From Obrimoposthia wandeli (taxonomy: Eukaryota): a stretch of DNA of 64,000 nucleotides. The notes under the pieces are model-generated. The model did not search any database. It was given only the letters and a program-made list of their open reading frames with translations, and was not told the origin of the DNA. Positions within the stretch are counted from its first letter, which is position 1; every line of letters begins with the position of its first letter. The stretch lies in assembly GCA_977020255.1 (NCBI GenBank), contig CDROCS010000506.1, forward strand, positions 2,480,001 through 2,544,000, in the 5' to 3' direction. Both the position numbers and the translations under genes were made by a program. Of this stretch, positions 20,315-31,388 are shown piece after piece.

Positions 20315-20917
20315 ATGAATAAGTTGTTAAAATTAGTATTGGGTTCGGTTTTAGTATCGACGTTAGCGACCGGTTGTAGCACCTCTGTTGAGCGTGTTGA
20401 TGCGGGTCAAACTGTCGATTTAAGTGGTGCGTGGAACGACACTGACTCACAAATGGTGGCACAAGAAATGATCAGTGATGTGTTAGCACGTCCTTGGTAT
20501 AACAAGTTCACTGCGAAAACGGGTCAAGCACCTTCTGTGATCGTCGGTACAGTGCGTAACTTAAGCCATGAACACATCAATACCAAAACCTTTGTTAACG
20601 AAATGGAACGTGAGCTAATTAATAGCGGCCAAGTTGAGTTTGTCGCATCAAGTGATGAGCGTACTGAGATCCGTGAAGAGCGTATTGACCAAGATTTGAA
20701 TTCAACTGAATCAACACGTAATGCAGCGGGTCAAGAACAAGGCGCTGACTTTATTCTGAAAGGTCAGATCAATACCATTATTGATACTGCAGATAGCGAG
20801 CAAGTACGTTATTACCAAGTTGATTTAAGCTTAATCAGCCTAGCGGATAACCGCAAGGTATGGGTAGGTCAGAAAAAACTGAAGAAATTAGTGTCTAACG
20901 GTAAACTACGTTATTAA
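20315..20917 (+). CDS. LpoB-like (penicillin-binding protein activator family) lipoprotein
   Basis: Lipobox ATGC; VRNLSHEHINT, GADFILKGQI, YYQVDLSLISL..NRKVWVGQK. Confidence 0.75.
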   Translation: MNKLLKLVLGSVLVSTLATGCSTSVERVDAGQTVDLSGAWNDTDSQMVAQEMISDVLARPWYNKFTAKTGQAPSVIVGTVRNLSHEHINTKTFVNEMERELINSGQVEFVASSDERTEIREERIDQDLNSTESTRNAAGQEQGADFILKGQINTIIDTADSEQVRYYQVDLSLISLADNRKVWVGQKKLKKLVSNGKLRY

Positions 20918-20923
20918 TAGGTC

Positions 20924-22507
20924 GTGATGAAAGCTGTATTAACATTTTTACGTTCGCGGCGTTATCTCGCTGTTATTGGGTTTAGTTTATTGCAAGGTTG
21001 CTCAATGCAGCAGCATCAGCTAAACGATTTGGCACAAACATTAGATAACGGTAATGCGAGTCAAGTATTGTCCGAAGTTGCGCAACGGGAATACCCAGAG
21101 CGCGATCTCGCCCAATATAAACTGACACTCGGTTTGTTACGTGCTGTGAATGGTGATTTTGCTGGTGGCATTAATGAATTGCAGGCCGCTAAAACGGCAA
21201 TAAACCAACTGCAAGCGTTAAGTATTAGCGAAAACATTGGGGCGGTAACGGTCAATGAAACCTTGCGTAGTTATACCAGTACAGCCAGTGAACGGATGTT
21301 ATTACAGCAATTATTGATCTTATCTTACTTGATGGAAGATGATCTTGATGGTGCGCGGGTTGAAGTCTTGCAAATGCAAGAATTAGCCAAAAGCTTACCG
21401 GACAATGGCCTGTCAGGGCTAGTATCAAGTAGTTATTACTTGGGTGGTTTGGTGTATGAACTCGGTGATGAAACCGATAGTGCCATGATCAGTTATCGTC
21501 AAGCCTACCAAATAATGAAAACCAGTAAAGTCGCGATACCGTTGGTATTACAAGACAGCTTATTACTGGCGTCAAAGCAGTTGGGGCTCAGATCTGAACA
21601 TGAAAAATATGTACAAGAATTTGACCATGACGTAAAGCCGTTAGATCGAAATAAAAGCCAGCTGGTTTTAGTGTATTGGGGCGGCGTTGTGTCGGCCAAG
21701 CAACAGCAATACATGAGCGTATATGCTCCAAGTTTGGGTTATAACATTTCCTTGGCGCTACCTTACTATGCCAAGCATTATGTCAAACCGGTACCTTGGC
21801 GTTTTACCGTGTTAGGAAAAACGGCTGAAACCGAAATATTTGATGATGTAAACTTATTGGCGCGTGCCGATCTGGAAGCTGAATCAGCGGCGATTTATGC
21901 TGCCGCTTTAGCACGGGTTATTATCAAGCAAACCGCATTACACGAAGTACAAAAAAAGGACGAGGACGGATTAGCGACCTTGTTATTGAATATTACCAGT
22001 ATGATCAGCGAAATGGCGGATGTACGTAGTTGGAATATGCTACCGGCCAGTATTCAAGTACAACGTCTAACACTGGAACCTGGCACTTATTATTTACAGC
22101 AACCGAGCCTAACTCAAGGCTTTTCTGTTACGGATATCGCGCCGATAATTCCGATATTAACGACGCCTGAGTTAGTCGCGCCAGTATTGGTGAATGCCAC
22201 GGCAAGTATTGCAGATGATATTGCAGAGAGTGCCGCCAAGTCTGATAACGGTTTAAGTTTACCGCCATCGAATACGGCGCTAGCAGATGCTGCTAACAAC
22301 TCAGATACTATCAGCTCCGATATTAGTAACTCAGATACGACTAGCTCAGATACGATTAACTCAGAGTCAGTTGCGATGACCAATTTCGGTAATGTGCCAA
22401 CGGCTGTTACGGTCGGAACGGATCCTTTGTTGTTAACACCAGGGAAAACCGTTTTACTGTTTTATTCAAGTGCGGCTAAAAAAGCATACACCCCCTTATC
22501 ACCTTAG
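20924..22507 (+). CDS. TPR-like lipoprotein (COG3014-like) with a low-complexity C-terminal insertion
   Basis: Lipobox LQGC; ARVEV, AMISYRQAY, ADVRSWNMLP motifs; SDT-rich repeats near the C-terminus. Confidence 0.65.
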   Translation: MMKAVLTFLRSRRYLAVIGFSLLQGCSMQQHQLNDLAQTLDNGNASQVLSEVAQREYPERDLAQYKLTLGLLRAVNGDFAGGINELQAAKTAINQLQALSISENIGAVTVNETLRSYTSTASERMLLQQLLILSYLMEDDLDGARVEVLQMQELAKSLPDNGLSGLVSSSYYLGGLVYELGDETDSAMISYRQAYQIMKTSKVAIPLVLQDSLLLASKQLGLRSEHEKYVQEFDHDVKPLDRNKSQLVLVYWGGVVSAKQQQYMSVYAPSLGYNISLALPYYAKHYVKPVPWRFTVLGKTAETEIFDDVNLLARADLEAESAAIYAAALARVIIKQTALHEVQKKDEDGLATLLLNITSMISEMADVRSWNMLPASIQVQRLTLEPGTYYLQQPSLTQGFSVTDIAPIIPILTTPELVAPVLVNATASIADDIAESAAKSDNGLSLPPSNTALADAANNSDTISSDISNSDTTSSDTINSESVAMTNFGNVPTAVTVGTDPLLLTPGKTVLLFYSSAAKKAYTPLSP

Positions 22508-22545
22508 TTATTCATGAGCGGCCGCCCACCGATTAATGTGGGCGT

Positions 22546-23580
22546 GTGCTTAAGTCACGGTTTGTTACAGGACACGACAACATGATCAATAAATTATTTT
22601 CTACCAGTTTAATTTCTGCCGCTGCCATCTTAATGAGTGCTTGTAGCAGTACGCCTGAGCGTCCCACTTGGTTAGATGGCGCAGATGTTAATTATCCTCA
22701 AAACGTCTATTTAACCGCGTCTGGTCAAGCTAAAACCAATAGTGTTGCCGATAACCGCGCATTAGCTAATTTAGCCAAGATATTCGAAGTGTCGATTGCC
22801 GATGAAAGCATTGATTTTAGCGAAGCCAATATCAGTCAAAGTAATGTTAGTGGTACCACGGTCCGTCAGGTGGATAATAAGCAAACCTTATCGCGCTTTG
22901 TAAATACCCAAGCCCAGCAAGTATTGCAAGGCACCAGTATTGTCGAACGCTGGCAAGATCCGGTGACGGGTCAACAGTCTAGTCTGGCTGTGATGAAGAA
23001 AGCGCCAGCTGCTGCATTGTTCATGCAGTCGATACGTGCCGCAGATGAGCAAACAAGCGCTGCAGTGAAGTATGCCGAGCAACAAGCACCAAACCCACTG
23101 ATTGCCCTTAGTGCATTAGAAAGTGCCCGTGAGCGTCAGATCACACGCTTAAATGATAATAATAATCTGCGCGTAGTGACTGGCAACGACATCAATGTGG
23201 AATACTCGGTAGAAACCTTAACGCAGATGATTAAAAGTCGCTTAGCGGCATTATCGTTTGCAACGGCAGCAACGGATGAACAAGCGTTATTATCGTTGCA
23301 AAGTGGCGCCGCTGAAGTCGGCGTACAGCTTAAAGATGATAGCCAATACAAATTAGTACTCACCTTGGATAAAGGGGCTGTAGAGCAACGTCAGGCGTGG
23401 TATTGGTTACAGGGTAACGTTGTCTTGAATGTGATGGATGGTACCAAGAGTATCGCGAATAAACGCTGGCCCTTTAAGATCTCGGCGCAAAGCGAGCAAT
23501 TATTAGAACAACGACTCGCGGTTAAGCTAAATAAGGCACTGCCGGGTTATGTTTATCAAGTATTAACCCCAAAAATGTAA
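22546..23580 (+). CDS. LPP20-like lipoprotein (probable start 22582)
   Basis: Lipobox MSAC; PTWL, YLTASG, ADNRALANLAKIFEVSI pattern. Confidence 0.7.
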   Translation: MLKSRFVTGHDNMINKLFSTSLISAAAILMSACSSTPERPTWLDGADVNYPQNVYLTASGQAKTNSVADNRALANLAKIFEVSIADESIDFSEANISQSNVSGTTVRQVDNKQTLSRFVNTQAQQVLQGTSIVERWQDPVTGQQSSLAVMKKAPAAALFMQSIRAADEQTSAAVKYAEQQAPNPLIALSALESARERQITRLNDNNNLRVVTGNDINVEYSVETLTQMIKSRLAALSFATAATDEQALLSLQSGAAEVGVQLKDDSQYKLVLTLDKGAVEQRQAWYWLQGNVVLNVMDGTKSIANKRWPFKISAQSEQLLEQRLAVKLNKALPGYVYQVLTPKM

Positions 23581-23626
23581 GCTAGCTTTACTTTTTACCG
23601 CTTAGTCTGACTCGTTTTTAAGATAT

Positions 23627-23663
23627 AAAAAAGCCAGCCCTGATAAATCAGGGCTGGCTTTTT
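23627..23663. terminator. Bidirectional terminator between the lipoprotein operon and fis
   Basis: AAAAAGCCAGCCCTGAT-AA-ATCAGGGCTGGCTTTTT. Confidence 0.85.
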
Positions 23664-23689
23664 ATTACATTACGTTCAGGCAATAAAGC

Positions 23690-23989
23690 TTAGTTCATGC
23701 CGTAACGTTTTAGTTTCTTCCGAAGAGTACCACGGTTGATGCCCATCATCACAGCTGCACGGGTTTGGTTACCGCGCGTATACTGCATAATGATATCTAG
23801 CATTGGCGCTTCAACTTCTGCTAATACCAAGTCATAAAGGTTTTCTACGTCTTGGCCATTTAATTGTGCAAGGTAATTTCGTAGTGCTTGTTGGACAGAA
23901 TCACGTAATGGTTTCTGTACAATTTGCTCAGCTTGTTGCACGGTTGCAGAAGTTGTTAAGGCACTAGGAGCCAGATTTTGTTCAAACAT
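23690..23989 (-). CDS. fis: DNA-binding protein Fis
   Basis: PLRDSV...[27 protein letters not shown]. Confidence 0.98.
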   Translation of the reverse strand: MFEQNLAPSALTTSATVQQAEQIVQKPLRDSVQQALRNYLAQLNGQDVENLYDLVLAEVEAPMLDIIMQYTRGNQTRAAVMMGINRGTLRKKLKRYGMN

Positions 23990-24004
23990 ATATTGCTCTT
24001 CTCG

Positions 24005-24970
24005 TTAGCTTAAATCATCAAAATATTTCATTAATGCAAGGTGTTGTTCCGCAGAACTATCCAATGCATTAAAGCTTTTACGAAACTCAACACCATTAGT
24101 CTGGTGTTGTATGTACCAACCGACGTGTTTGCGCGCAAATCGAACGCCTTTAAACTCACCGTAAAACTGGTGTAGGTTTTCGACATGTTGCAAAATGACT
24201 CGGCGAACTTCATCAGCAGTTGGCACGGGTAATTTTTCACCTGTTTTAAGATAGTGATTTATTTCCCGAAAAATCCAAGGATTACCTTGAGCTGGACGTC
24301 CGATCATCAGACCGTCAACACCCGTGTACTCAAGTACCCGTTTAGCTTTTTCTGGGCTATCGATATCACCATTTGCGATCACAGGAATGCTAATGCTAGC
24401 TTTAATCGCTTTTATAGTGTCGTATTCTGCATTGCCCTTGTACAGGCAAGCGCGAGTACGACCATGAACCGCGAGGGCTTGTATTCCAGCTTGCTCGGCG
24501 ATTTCAGCTATCTCTATACCATTGCGATGTTCTGGATCCCAACCGGTACGTATCTTTAGTGTTACCGGAATATCAACAGCGTTTACTACCGCATCCAATA
24601 TCCGTTTCACTTGTTCCGGGTGCTGCATTAATGCAGAACCAGCAAATTTCTTGTTCACTTTTTTCGCTGGACAACCCATGTTGATATCAATGATCTGCGC
24701 ACCATTTTTTACATTATGCTGTGCAGCTGCTGCCATCAACTCTGGATCTGCTCCTGCTATTTGCACGGAACGGATCCCGGTTTCGCCAGCATGATCCATG
24801 CGCTGTAACGATTTTTCTGAAGACCAAACTCGAGGGTTACTCGATAACATCTCTGACACAGCCATACCAACACCCAAATCACGACAAAGTTGACGGAAAG
24901 GACGATCGGTTACACCAGCCATCGGAGCCAAGAATAATTGGTTATCCAGAAGATAAGGACCTATTTTCAT
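24005..24970 (-). CDS. dusB: tRNA-dihydrouridine synthase B
   Basis: LAPMAGVTDRPFR, DINMGCPAKKV, AVHGRTR; upstream of fis; start taken at MKIGP. Confidence 0.96.
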   Translation of the reverse strand: MKIGPYLLDNQLFLAPMAGVTDRPFRQLCRDLGVGMAVSEMLSSNPRVWSSEKSLQRMDHAGETGIRSVQIAGADPELMAAAAQHNVKNGAQIIDINMGCPAKKVNKKFAGSALMQHPEQVKRILDAVVNAVDIPVTLKIRTGWDPEHRNGIEIAEIAEQAGIQALAVHGRTRACLYKGNAEYDTIKAIKASISIPVIANGDIDSPEKAKRVLEYTGVDGLMIGRPAQGNPWIFREINHYLKTGEKLPVPTADEVRRVILQHVENLHQFYGEFKGVRFARKHVGWYIQHQTNGVEFRKSFNALDSSAEQHLALMKYFDDLS

Positions 24971-25296
24971 CTGTTGCGGCTCATTTGCTCTAAGGCGGCG
25001 TATGTTACGCATTTTTCACCCGAGTTAAAAGGTTAATAATTAGACTATTGAATATTTTTTTAGTTAAAATCATTAAATAGTCAAAAAAACACCTCTAAAT
25101 CAAATTATAACAACAGATAATCGAGCTAAAGTGCTTATTCTTCAATTTTCATTGAAGTTAAATGAGAAATTGAGATAGCGTGTATTTTAGCCTGATTAAT
25201 TACCGTTAGCACGTTTTTTACGTGTTTACTGTTTATTTAATCTACACAAGCCTAATTTTTGCATTTGCTTATGTAGAGTAAACAGTATGGGTAATA

Positions 25297-26178
25297 TTAT
25301 TTGATTTGGCCGTTTAATCGCGCCCATTCATCAGACAGTGTTGGTTCATCCATGATGCAGTGTTGACGATAAATTTCGTTCAATTCTGCTGCTTGGTGAT
25401 CCAAGATGCCTGATAATGCGATTTTACCACCTGGCTTTAAGAAGCTAACGATAAGCCCTGATAGCTCACGTAGCGGTGCTGCAAGGATATTTGCAACGAC
25501 CACATCGGCTTTGATGCCTTCAGGTTGATCAGCGGGTAAGTACAATTCGATTTTATCGGCAACGCCATTACGTTCAGCGTTATCACGACTTGCTAGGATT
25601 GCTTGTGGGTCGATATCAACACCGATGACACGCTTTGCGCCTAATTTAAGTGCTGCGATAGCTAAGATGCCTGAACCACAACCGAAATCGACAACTGTTT
25701 TGCCTGTAAGATCTTGGCCATCTAACCATTTAAGGCATAATGCTGTTGTTTGGTGGGTACCGGTACCAAATGCTAAACCTGGATCAAGCATCACGTTAAC
25801 CGCACTTTCATCCGGTACTGGACGCCAGCTTGGGCAGATCCACAGACGTTCGCCAAATTGCATAGGGTGGAAGTTTTCCATCCATTCGCGTTCCCAGTCT
25901 TTGTCTTCGAGTATTTCTAATTTGTAGCGGAAATCTGGACCTAATACCTTGGTTTTTGCTAAAAACGCTAAGATCGGCTGCATGTCTTTATCAGCCTCAA
26001 ACAAACCAGTTACATCAGTATCACCCCAAAGTAGAGTTTCACCTGGCAATGGTTCAAAGATTGGCGAATCTTGTGAGTCCATAAATGTGACTGCACTTGC
26101 GCCTGCACCAGATAGCATATTACCTATCTTCTCAGCTGTTTCTTCGCTAGCATTAATTTTTAATTGGATCCAAGACAT
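25297..26178 (-). CDS. prmA: Ribosomal protein L11 methyltransferase
   Basis: [32 protein letters not shown] motifs. Confidence 0.97.
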   Translation of the reverse strand: MSWIQLKINASEETAEKIGNMLSGAGASAVTFMDSQDSPIFEPLPGETLLWGDTDVTGLFEADKDMQPILAFLAKTKVLGPDFRYKLEILEDKDWEREWMENFHPMQFGERLWICPSWRPVPDESAVNVMLDPGLAFGTGTHQTTALCLKWLDGQDLTGKTVVDFGCGSGILAIAALKLGAKRVIGVDIDPQAILASRDNAERNGVADKIELYLPADQPEGIKADVVVANILAAPLRELSGLIVSFLKPGGKIALSGILDHQAAELNEIYRQHCIMDEPTLSDEWARLNGQIK

Positions 26179-26592
26179 CTATTTTCTCTCAGTTATTTCG
26201 TGGGCGTAATTGTACGCATCTAAGCTATAAGACACCATCGGTTAATGGTAATTAAATGCAAATTTATATTTTTTATTGCGTTAACCACATCCTGTGAAGG
26301 CCTACAGTCGAGCGTTTGTTATTAAGCTGTTATTTAAATTAGTCTCATACTGACGTAGTGCTCGACAAATTTATGCGTTATCATTTGTTTTTGGTTATGC
26401 ACTGCCATGTTTATTGCGCTACTTTTAGAGTATAAGCTCTACTGTTGATTGCTAAGATATAAACATGACGGTGTGTACAGTTTTTGAATGTATTACCCCT
26501 CGCTGTTTAATTATCTGATATTAATAGTTTAGTTCGTTGCTATATTTATATGAATAACGTACTTCACTACGGCGTGCTCTTAGGAATAAATA

Positions 26593-27932
26593 ATGAAAAT
26601 AGTTTTTTATGGCGTAATAACTGCCATTGCTTTGAGTTGTAATGTACAAGCCGCCGCTATCGATTTTTCTGCGGCTTGGTATCAAGTGGCGCAGAAAAAT
26701 GATGCGCTACTGGCAAAAAAAGAACAAGTGAAATACTCTGAAGCATTACAAGATGCGGCTAAATCACTGTATTTACCGAGTGTTGATATTACCGGTTCCT
26801 ATACCCATTTTGATAAGCCGATCCGGATACAAGCCTCAGAGGGTTAACTGGGCTTCCCATTCTTTTAATCTTCCATTAACCAATCAAAACTTTGCCCATT
26901 CGTCATTGAATGCAGTATTGCCGATTTATACTGGTGGGCGTATTACTGCGGCACAAGACATTCGCCAAGCGCAAGTCGATGAAGCACAAAGTAATTACAA
27001 CTTAGCCACACGCGCTACCTTTACCCAGTTAGTGCAGTACTATTTTGGGGTGGTGTTATCGGAACAGGTTTATCAAGTACGCCTTGATGCGGTAGATGCG
27101 TTGGCCGATCACCTCAATCATGCAGTGAAATTAGAACAACAAGGTCAGATTGCGAAAAGTAGAACGTTTGATGGCGCAGGTATCGTTAGACAAAGCGCAA
27201 ATTGAAGCGCAGAAATCATTACGTGATTATGAGATCGCTAAATTAGCGTTAACCAAAATGCTCAAGCAGCAAGAGTCTGTACTGCCGACTACGCCACTAT
27301 TTGTGAATAATAGTGTGACGTCGGTGACTCCGTATTTAACTAAAACCTTAACTGATCATCCGGGTATGGCGATCTTAAATGCCAAGCGTGAACAAGCTAA
27401 AGGTTCGGTAAAAATGGCGTCGGCCAAACATTTACCTGAAGTCATGCTATACGGCAATTATAATTTGTATTCTGATGACTCGGCGATGGGTGAATTGCTA
27501 CCCGAGTGGATGGTGGGCGTCGGGGTGCGAATTCCTATTATTGAACGCTCGGGTACATCGCAAGAAGTGGTCGCAGCAAAAAGCTCAGTGCGTCAGGTGA
27601 ATTTATTACAGCTGCAAATGCAGCAAGACTTGACGATCTTGGTAGAAAAAACCTATGCGGAAATGAGCCAGGCATTAGAAGAATACAATTCATTGGCATC
27701 AAGCCAAGCCTTGTCAGAAGAGACCGTGGTACTGCGTCAAAAGGCCTTTAGCCAAGGTTTATCCACTTCATTGGAAGTGGCTGATTCGCAATTATATGCC
27801 ACCAGTATTCGGGTTCAACGTCTGTCTGCAAGCTATAACTATGTTAAATCGCTGGCGCAATTATTATCTGTGAGTGGCGAGATTGATCGCTTCATGGACT
27901 ATCTACAAATCAATGGTATCGAGGTTAAATAA
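26593..27932 (+). CDS. TolC-family outer membrane efflux protein, broken into three frames (frameshifts near 26845 and 27160; error or pseudogene)
   Basis: Fragments 26593-26847, 26753-27205 and 27150-27932 give signal peptide, LYLPSVDI, LPIYTGGR, YFGVVL and GLSTSLEVAD segments of one OEP. Confidence 0.8.
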
Positions 27933-28931
27933 ATGAGTAAAGTTAAGACAGGCATCATTGCGGTAGTCGTGCTAGCTATTATCGGCTGGTTAGTATTTGA
28001 ATTTAACAAGGCGTATGAGCCTAAAGCTATCTTGTTACAAGGTCAGATTGAAGCCGAGCAATATAATGTTTCTTCTAAGATCCCAGGACGTATTGCGTCT
28101 GTGGATGTGAAGAAAGGTGAGCGAGTGAGCCAAGGGCAATTAATTTTCTCGTTAGCGAGTCCTGAACTCGATGCCAAGCTGGTGCAAGCAAAAGCAGGTC
28201 GTTCAGCAGCGACTGCCATGCGCGAACAAGCTGAAACTGGTGCCCGTGAGCAGCAAATTATCGCCGCGAAAGATCAGTGGAAAAAAGCGCAAGCCGCAGC
28301 GCAGTTGATGGAAAAAACCTATCAGCGCGTGGATAATCTTTATAATGACGGTGTATTGCCAGAGCAAAAGCGCGATGAAGTATATACCAAATGGCAAGCG
28401 TCGAAATATACCCAAAATGCGGCTTATCAAGGTTACCAAATGGCGAGAGAAGGCGCACGTAAAGAAACCAAACAAGCGGCTATAGAGCAAGAGCGTATGG
28501 CACAAGGTGTTGTTACTGAAGTCGAGTCATATACCAAAGATACTAAACAATATGCTCTGCGTGATGGTGAGGTAGTACAAATCTTATTGAAAGAAGGTGA
28601 ATTAGCGCCGACTGGTTTCCCTGTGGTGAGTATTGTCGATATCAACGATAGTTGGGCGGTATTTAATATCCGCGAAGATTTATTACCAAGATTGACAAAA
28701 GGCACGCTATTAACTGCACGTATCCCTGCGATTGGTGATGCGACGTTCCAGTATGAAGTGACGCATATTGCGGTGATGGGTGATTACGCGACTTGGCGTT
28801 CGACCGATAACGCTAAAGGTTTTGATTTACGCACTTTTGAGATTGAAGCAAGACCGGTTCAACCGATTGCCGATCTGCGCGTGGGTATGAGCGTACTCGT
28901 TGAGCTGGCCCCGTCAGCCACTGCGCAGTAA
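27933..28931 (+). CDS. HlyD-family membrane fusion protein
   Basis: N-terminal TM, SSKIPGRIA, VKKGERV lipoyl-like halves, coiled coil, LRVGMS. Confidence 0.9.
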   Translation: MSKVKTGIIAVVVLAIIGWLVFEFNKAYEPKAILLQGQIEAEQYNVSSKIPGRIASVDVKKGERVSQGQLIFSLASPELDAKLVQAKAGRSAATAMREQAETGAREQQIIAAKDQWKKAQAAAQLMEKTYQRVDNLYNDGVLPEQKRDEVYTKWQASKYTQNAAYQGYQMAREGARKETKQAAIEQERMAQGVVTEVESYTKDTKQYALRDGEVVQILLKEGELAPTGFPVVSIVDINDSWAVFNIREDLLPRLTKGTLLTARIPAIGDATFQYEVTHIAVMGDYATWRSTDNAKGFDLRTFEIEARPVQPIADLRVGMSVLVELAPSATAQ

Positions 28932-28937
28932 GTTGGT

Positions 28938-30149
28938 TTGATGATGCGTTCATTCATTACTCAGATCAAAGCGGTTTGGCAGCGTGAGAATAGCTTGATA
29001 TTGGCATCGAAATGGCAATTATCACTGGTGACTTGGTTGCCGTTAGCTTGCATGTTGCTGATATACGCTATTTTTTCACAAGGTATTCCGCGTGATCTTG
29101 CGGTCGCGGTGGTTGATCAAGACCACAGTCGAATATCACGTAACTTGGTGCGTTATATTGATGCGAACCCTTCACTTGCCGTGACCCACCAATTGACCAA
29201 CCTGGCCGAGGGTAAAGCCTTGATGCAACGCGGTGAAGTGTATGCGGTGGTGCAAATACCGCGTGACTTTGAAAAAAAAATATATCTCGCGATGACACCG
29301 GAAGTCAGTACTTTTTACAATGCCCAATATGTGCTTATTGGTAAGTTGGTATCGTCTAATATGGCGAAAACATTTGCTACCTTTAACGCCAAAATTGATG
29401 CAGTCAAAACCCTGGCGAGTGGTGGTAATCTGGCGTTAATCAAAGGTACGATAGCCCCAATTTCGACCCAGGTTAATCCGCTTTATAATGTCTCGACCAA
29501 TTATGTGCCATTTTTGGTGACGGCTGCCGTTCCGGCATTATGGCAAATCTTTGTGTTGGTTTCGGTGTTACTCGCATTTGGGTCGGAATATAAAAATAAT
29601 ACCCAAGCGAATTGGTTTCAACGTGCTGATGGTGCAGTCGTGAGTGCGGTGATAGGCAAGTTATTACCCTATACCTTGTTATCCGTGGTACATGGTTTGT
29701 TGTTTTTAAGTTTCTTTTACGGTTATTTGAGTATGCCAATGCATGGCAACTGGGGTTACTTATTGTTAATTCTGATCGTGGCCGTATTAGCGGGGCAGGC
29801 TATCGCTCTATTGATCTTTACCTTGACCATGAATCTGACGCAAGCGATTAGCATGGGGGCGGCGTATTCGGCACCTGCATTTGCCTTTATCGGGGTGACT
29901 TTCCCTGCTGAAAGTATGCCGCTATTAGCACAAATATGGCGCGCACTATTACCCATCACTCATTATATGCAGTTACAGATTGGTCAGGTGAATTACGGTC
30001 AGGGCTTTATGGCTTTGTTGCCGGAATTAATGGCGTTAGGGTTATTTACCTTAACCTTCGTGGTGGCGATAGCGCGTATAAAGCGCCATCGTGATAGCGC
30101 GTTGTTAGCAGATAAAAAAGTGACTTCAGCGGGGCATGAAGATGAATAA
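28938..30149 (+). CDS. ABC-2 type permease (YbhS/YbhR-like)
   Basis: VAVVDQDHSRISR, PLYN...YVPFL, P.THY motifs; TM1, periplasmic domain, then 5 TM. Confidence 0.85.
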   Translation: MMMRSFITQIKAVWQRENSLILASKWQLSLVTWLPLACMLLIYAIFSQGIPRDLAVAVVDQDHSRISRNLVRYIDANPSLAVTHQLTNLAEGKALMQRGEVYAVVQIPRDFEKKIYLAMTPEVSTFYNAQYVLIGKLVSSNMAKTFATFNAKIDAVKTLASGGNLALIKGTIAPISTQVNPLYNVSTNYVPFLVTAAVPALWQIFVLVSVLLAFGSEYKNNTQANWFQRADGAVVSAVIGKLLPYTLLSVVHGLLFLSFFYGYLSMPMHGNWGYLLLILIVAVLAGQAIALLIFTLTMNLTQAISMGAAYSAPAFAFIGVTFPAESMPLLAQIWRALLPITHYMQLQIGQVNYGQGFMALLPELMALGLFTLTFVVAIARIKRHRDSALLADKKVTSAGHEDE

Positions 30150-31308
30150 ATTCTTAGTATTGGTGGTGCTCGAAATTAAAAGCATTTTTGCCGACCGTAG
30201 TATTCTATTAACCATGTTTGGCGGCATTATCATGTACTCGCTCTTGTATCCTCTGCCGTATTCTCAGCAGGTATCAAGAGATGTTGAAATTGTGGTGATT
30301 GATTATGATCGCAGTTCGGTCAGCCGTGAGTTGATCCGCATGGTTAATGCGACCCCTGATACCCATATTGCTGGGCAGGTTGATTCAGTTCGTGATGCCG
30401 AGGCGTTAATTGAGCAAGGGAAAATTAAAGGTTTTTTGATTATTCCTCAACATTTTCGTCGCGATCTGTTGATGAAAAAACCGGTGACGTTATCGCTCGG
30501 TGGTGATGCCAGTTACTTTATGACGTATTCAACCATTGCATCCGGTATCTTGAAAGCAGGCGGGACATTGTCGGCGCAGATTAAAGTGGCGAGATTAACC
30601 GTCGAGAAAGAAAGCATCTTGTTAGCGAAAGAGCAATGGCAACCAGCGTCGTTAAACCTACAACCTGTGTTTAATCAGGGTAACGGCTATTTAGATTATG
30701 TGGTGCCCGCGGTGTTTATTTTTATCTTGCAGCAAACATTATTAATCGTCAGCGGTATTTTATCTGGCAGTCAAAATGAACGTTCACGGGCTAAAGAACA
30801 GGGTTATTGGTTAACGGCCTCGCCGACATTATTGTTATTGGCGCGTTGTCTGGTATTTTTAAGCCTGTATTTGGTGTTTAGTTTGTATTATTTCGGTTTT
30901 GCATTGGATATTTATGGGGTGAACCGACTCGCTGCGGCGTTGGATATTCTTAAACTATTAGTGCCATTCTTACTGGCGGTTGTCTGTCTTGGTGTTGCAC
31001 TAGGGCAATTGTATAACCAGGCGGAAACTGCCACACAGGTGATTCTGTTTAGCTCTATGCCCGTCTTGTTTAGCAGTGGTTTTATTTGGCCGATTAGTGA
31101 AATGCCGACTTGGCTGGTGGCGGTGTCGCAATTATTCCCAAGTACAGCCGCTATTCAAGGTCTGTTGCAGTTAAATCAAATGGGCGCTGATTTTGAGATG
31201 GTCCATCATTTTCAAACCCAGTTGTTAATCCAAGGATTTGGTTATGCTGTATTAGCGATTATCTTGCTGACTTACAAACAGCGTAAATATAGACTTAGCG
31301 CGAGTTAA
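30136..31308 (+). CDS. ABC-2 type permease (YbhS/YbhR-like)
   Basis: VVIDYDRSSVSR, PVFN...YLDYVVP, SGFIWP motifs. Confidence 0.85.
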   Translation: MKMNKFLVLVVLEIKSIFADRSILLTMFGGIIMYSLLYPLPYSQQVSRDVEIVVIDYDRSSVSRELIRMVNATPDTHIAGQVDSVRDAEALIEQGKIKGFLIIPQHFRRDLLMKKPVTLSLGGDASYFMTYSTIASGILKAGGTLSAQIKVARLTVEKESILLAKEQWQPASLNLQPVFNQGNGYLDYVVPAVFIFILQQTLLIVSGILSGSQNERSRAKEQGYWLTASPTLLLLARCLVFLSLYLVFSLYYFGFALDIYGVNRLAAALDILKLLVPFLLAVVCLGVALGQLYNQAETATQVILFSSMPVLFSSGFIWPISEMPTWLVAVSQLFPSTAAIQGLLQLNQMGADFEMVHHFQTQLLIQGFGYAVLAIILLTYKQRKYRLSAS

Positions 31309-31388
31309 TATCTCGCCTAAATAATTACCTGATTAGCTCGCGTTGTCACGATTTAGCTTCCATACTTTACTTGTAGAAAAAGTATTTT

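Noticed and set aside
26593-27932. Calling tolC a true pseudogene
   Set aside because: The frameshifts lie in garbled patches like those in essential genes and the partner genes are intact, so the status cannot be decided without reads.
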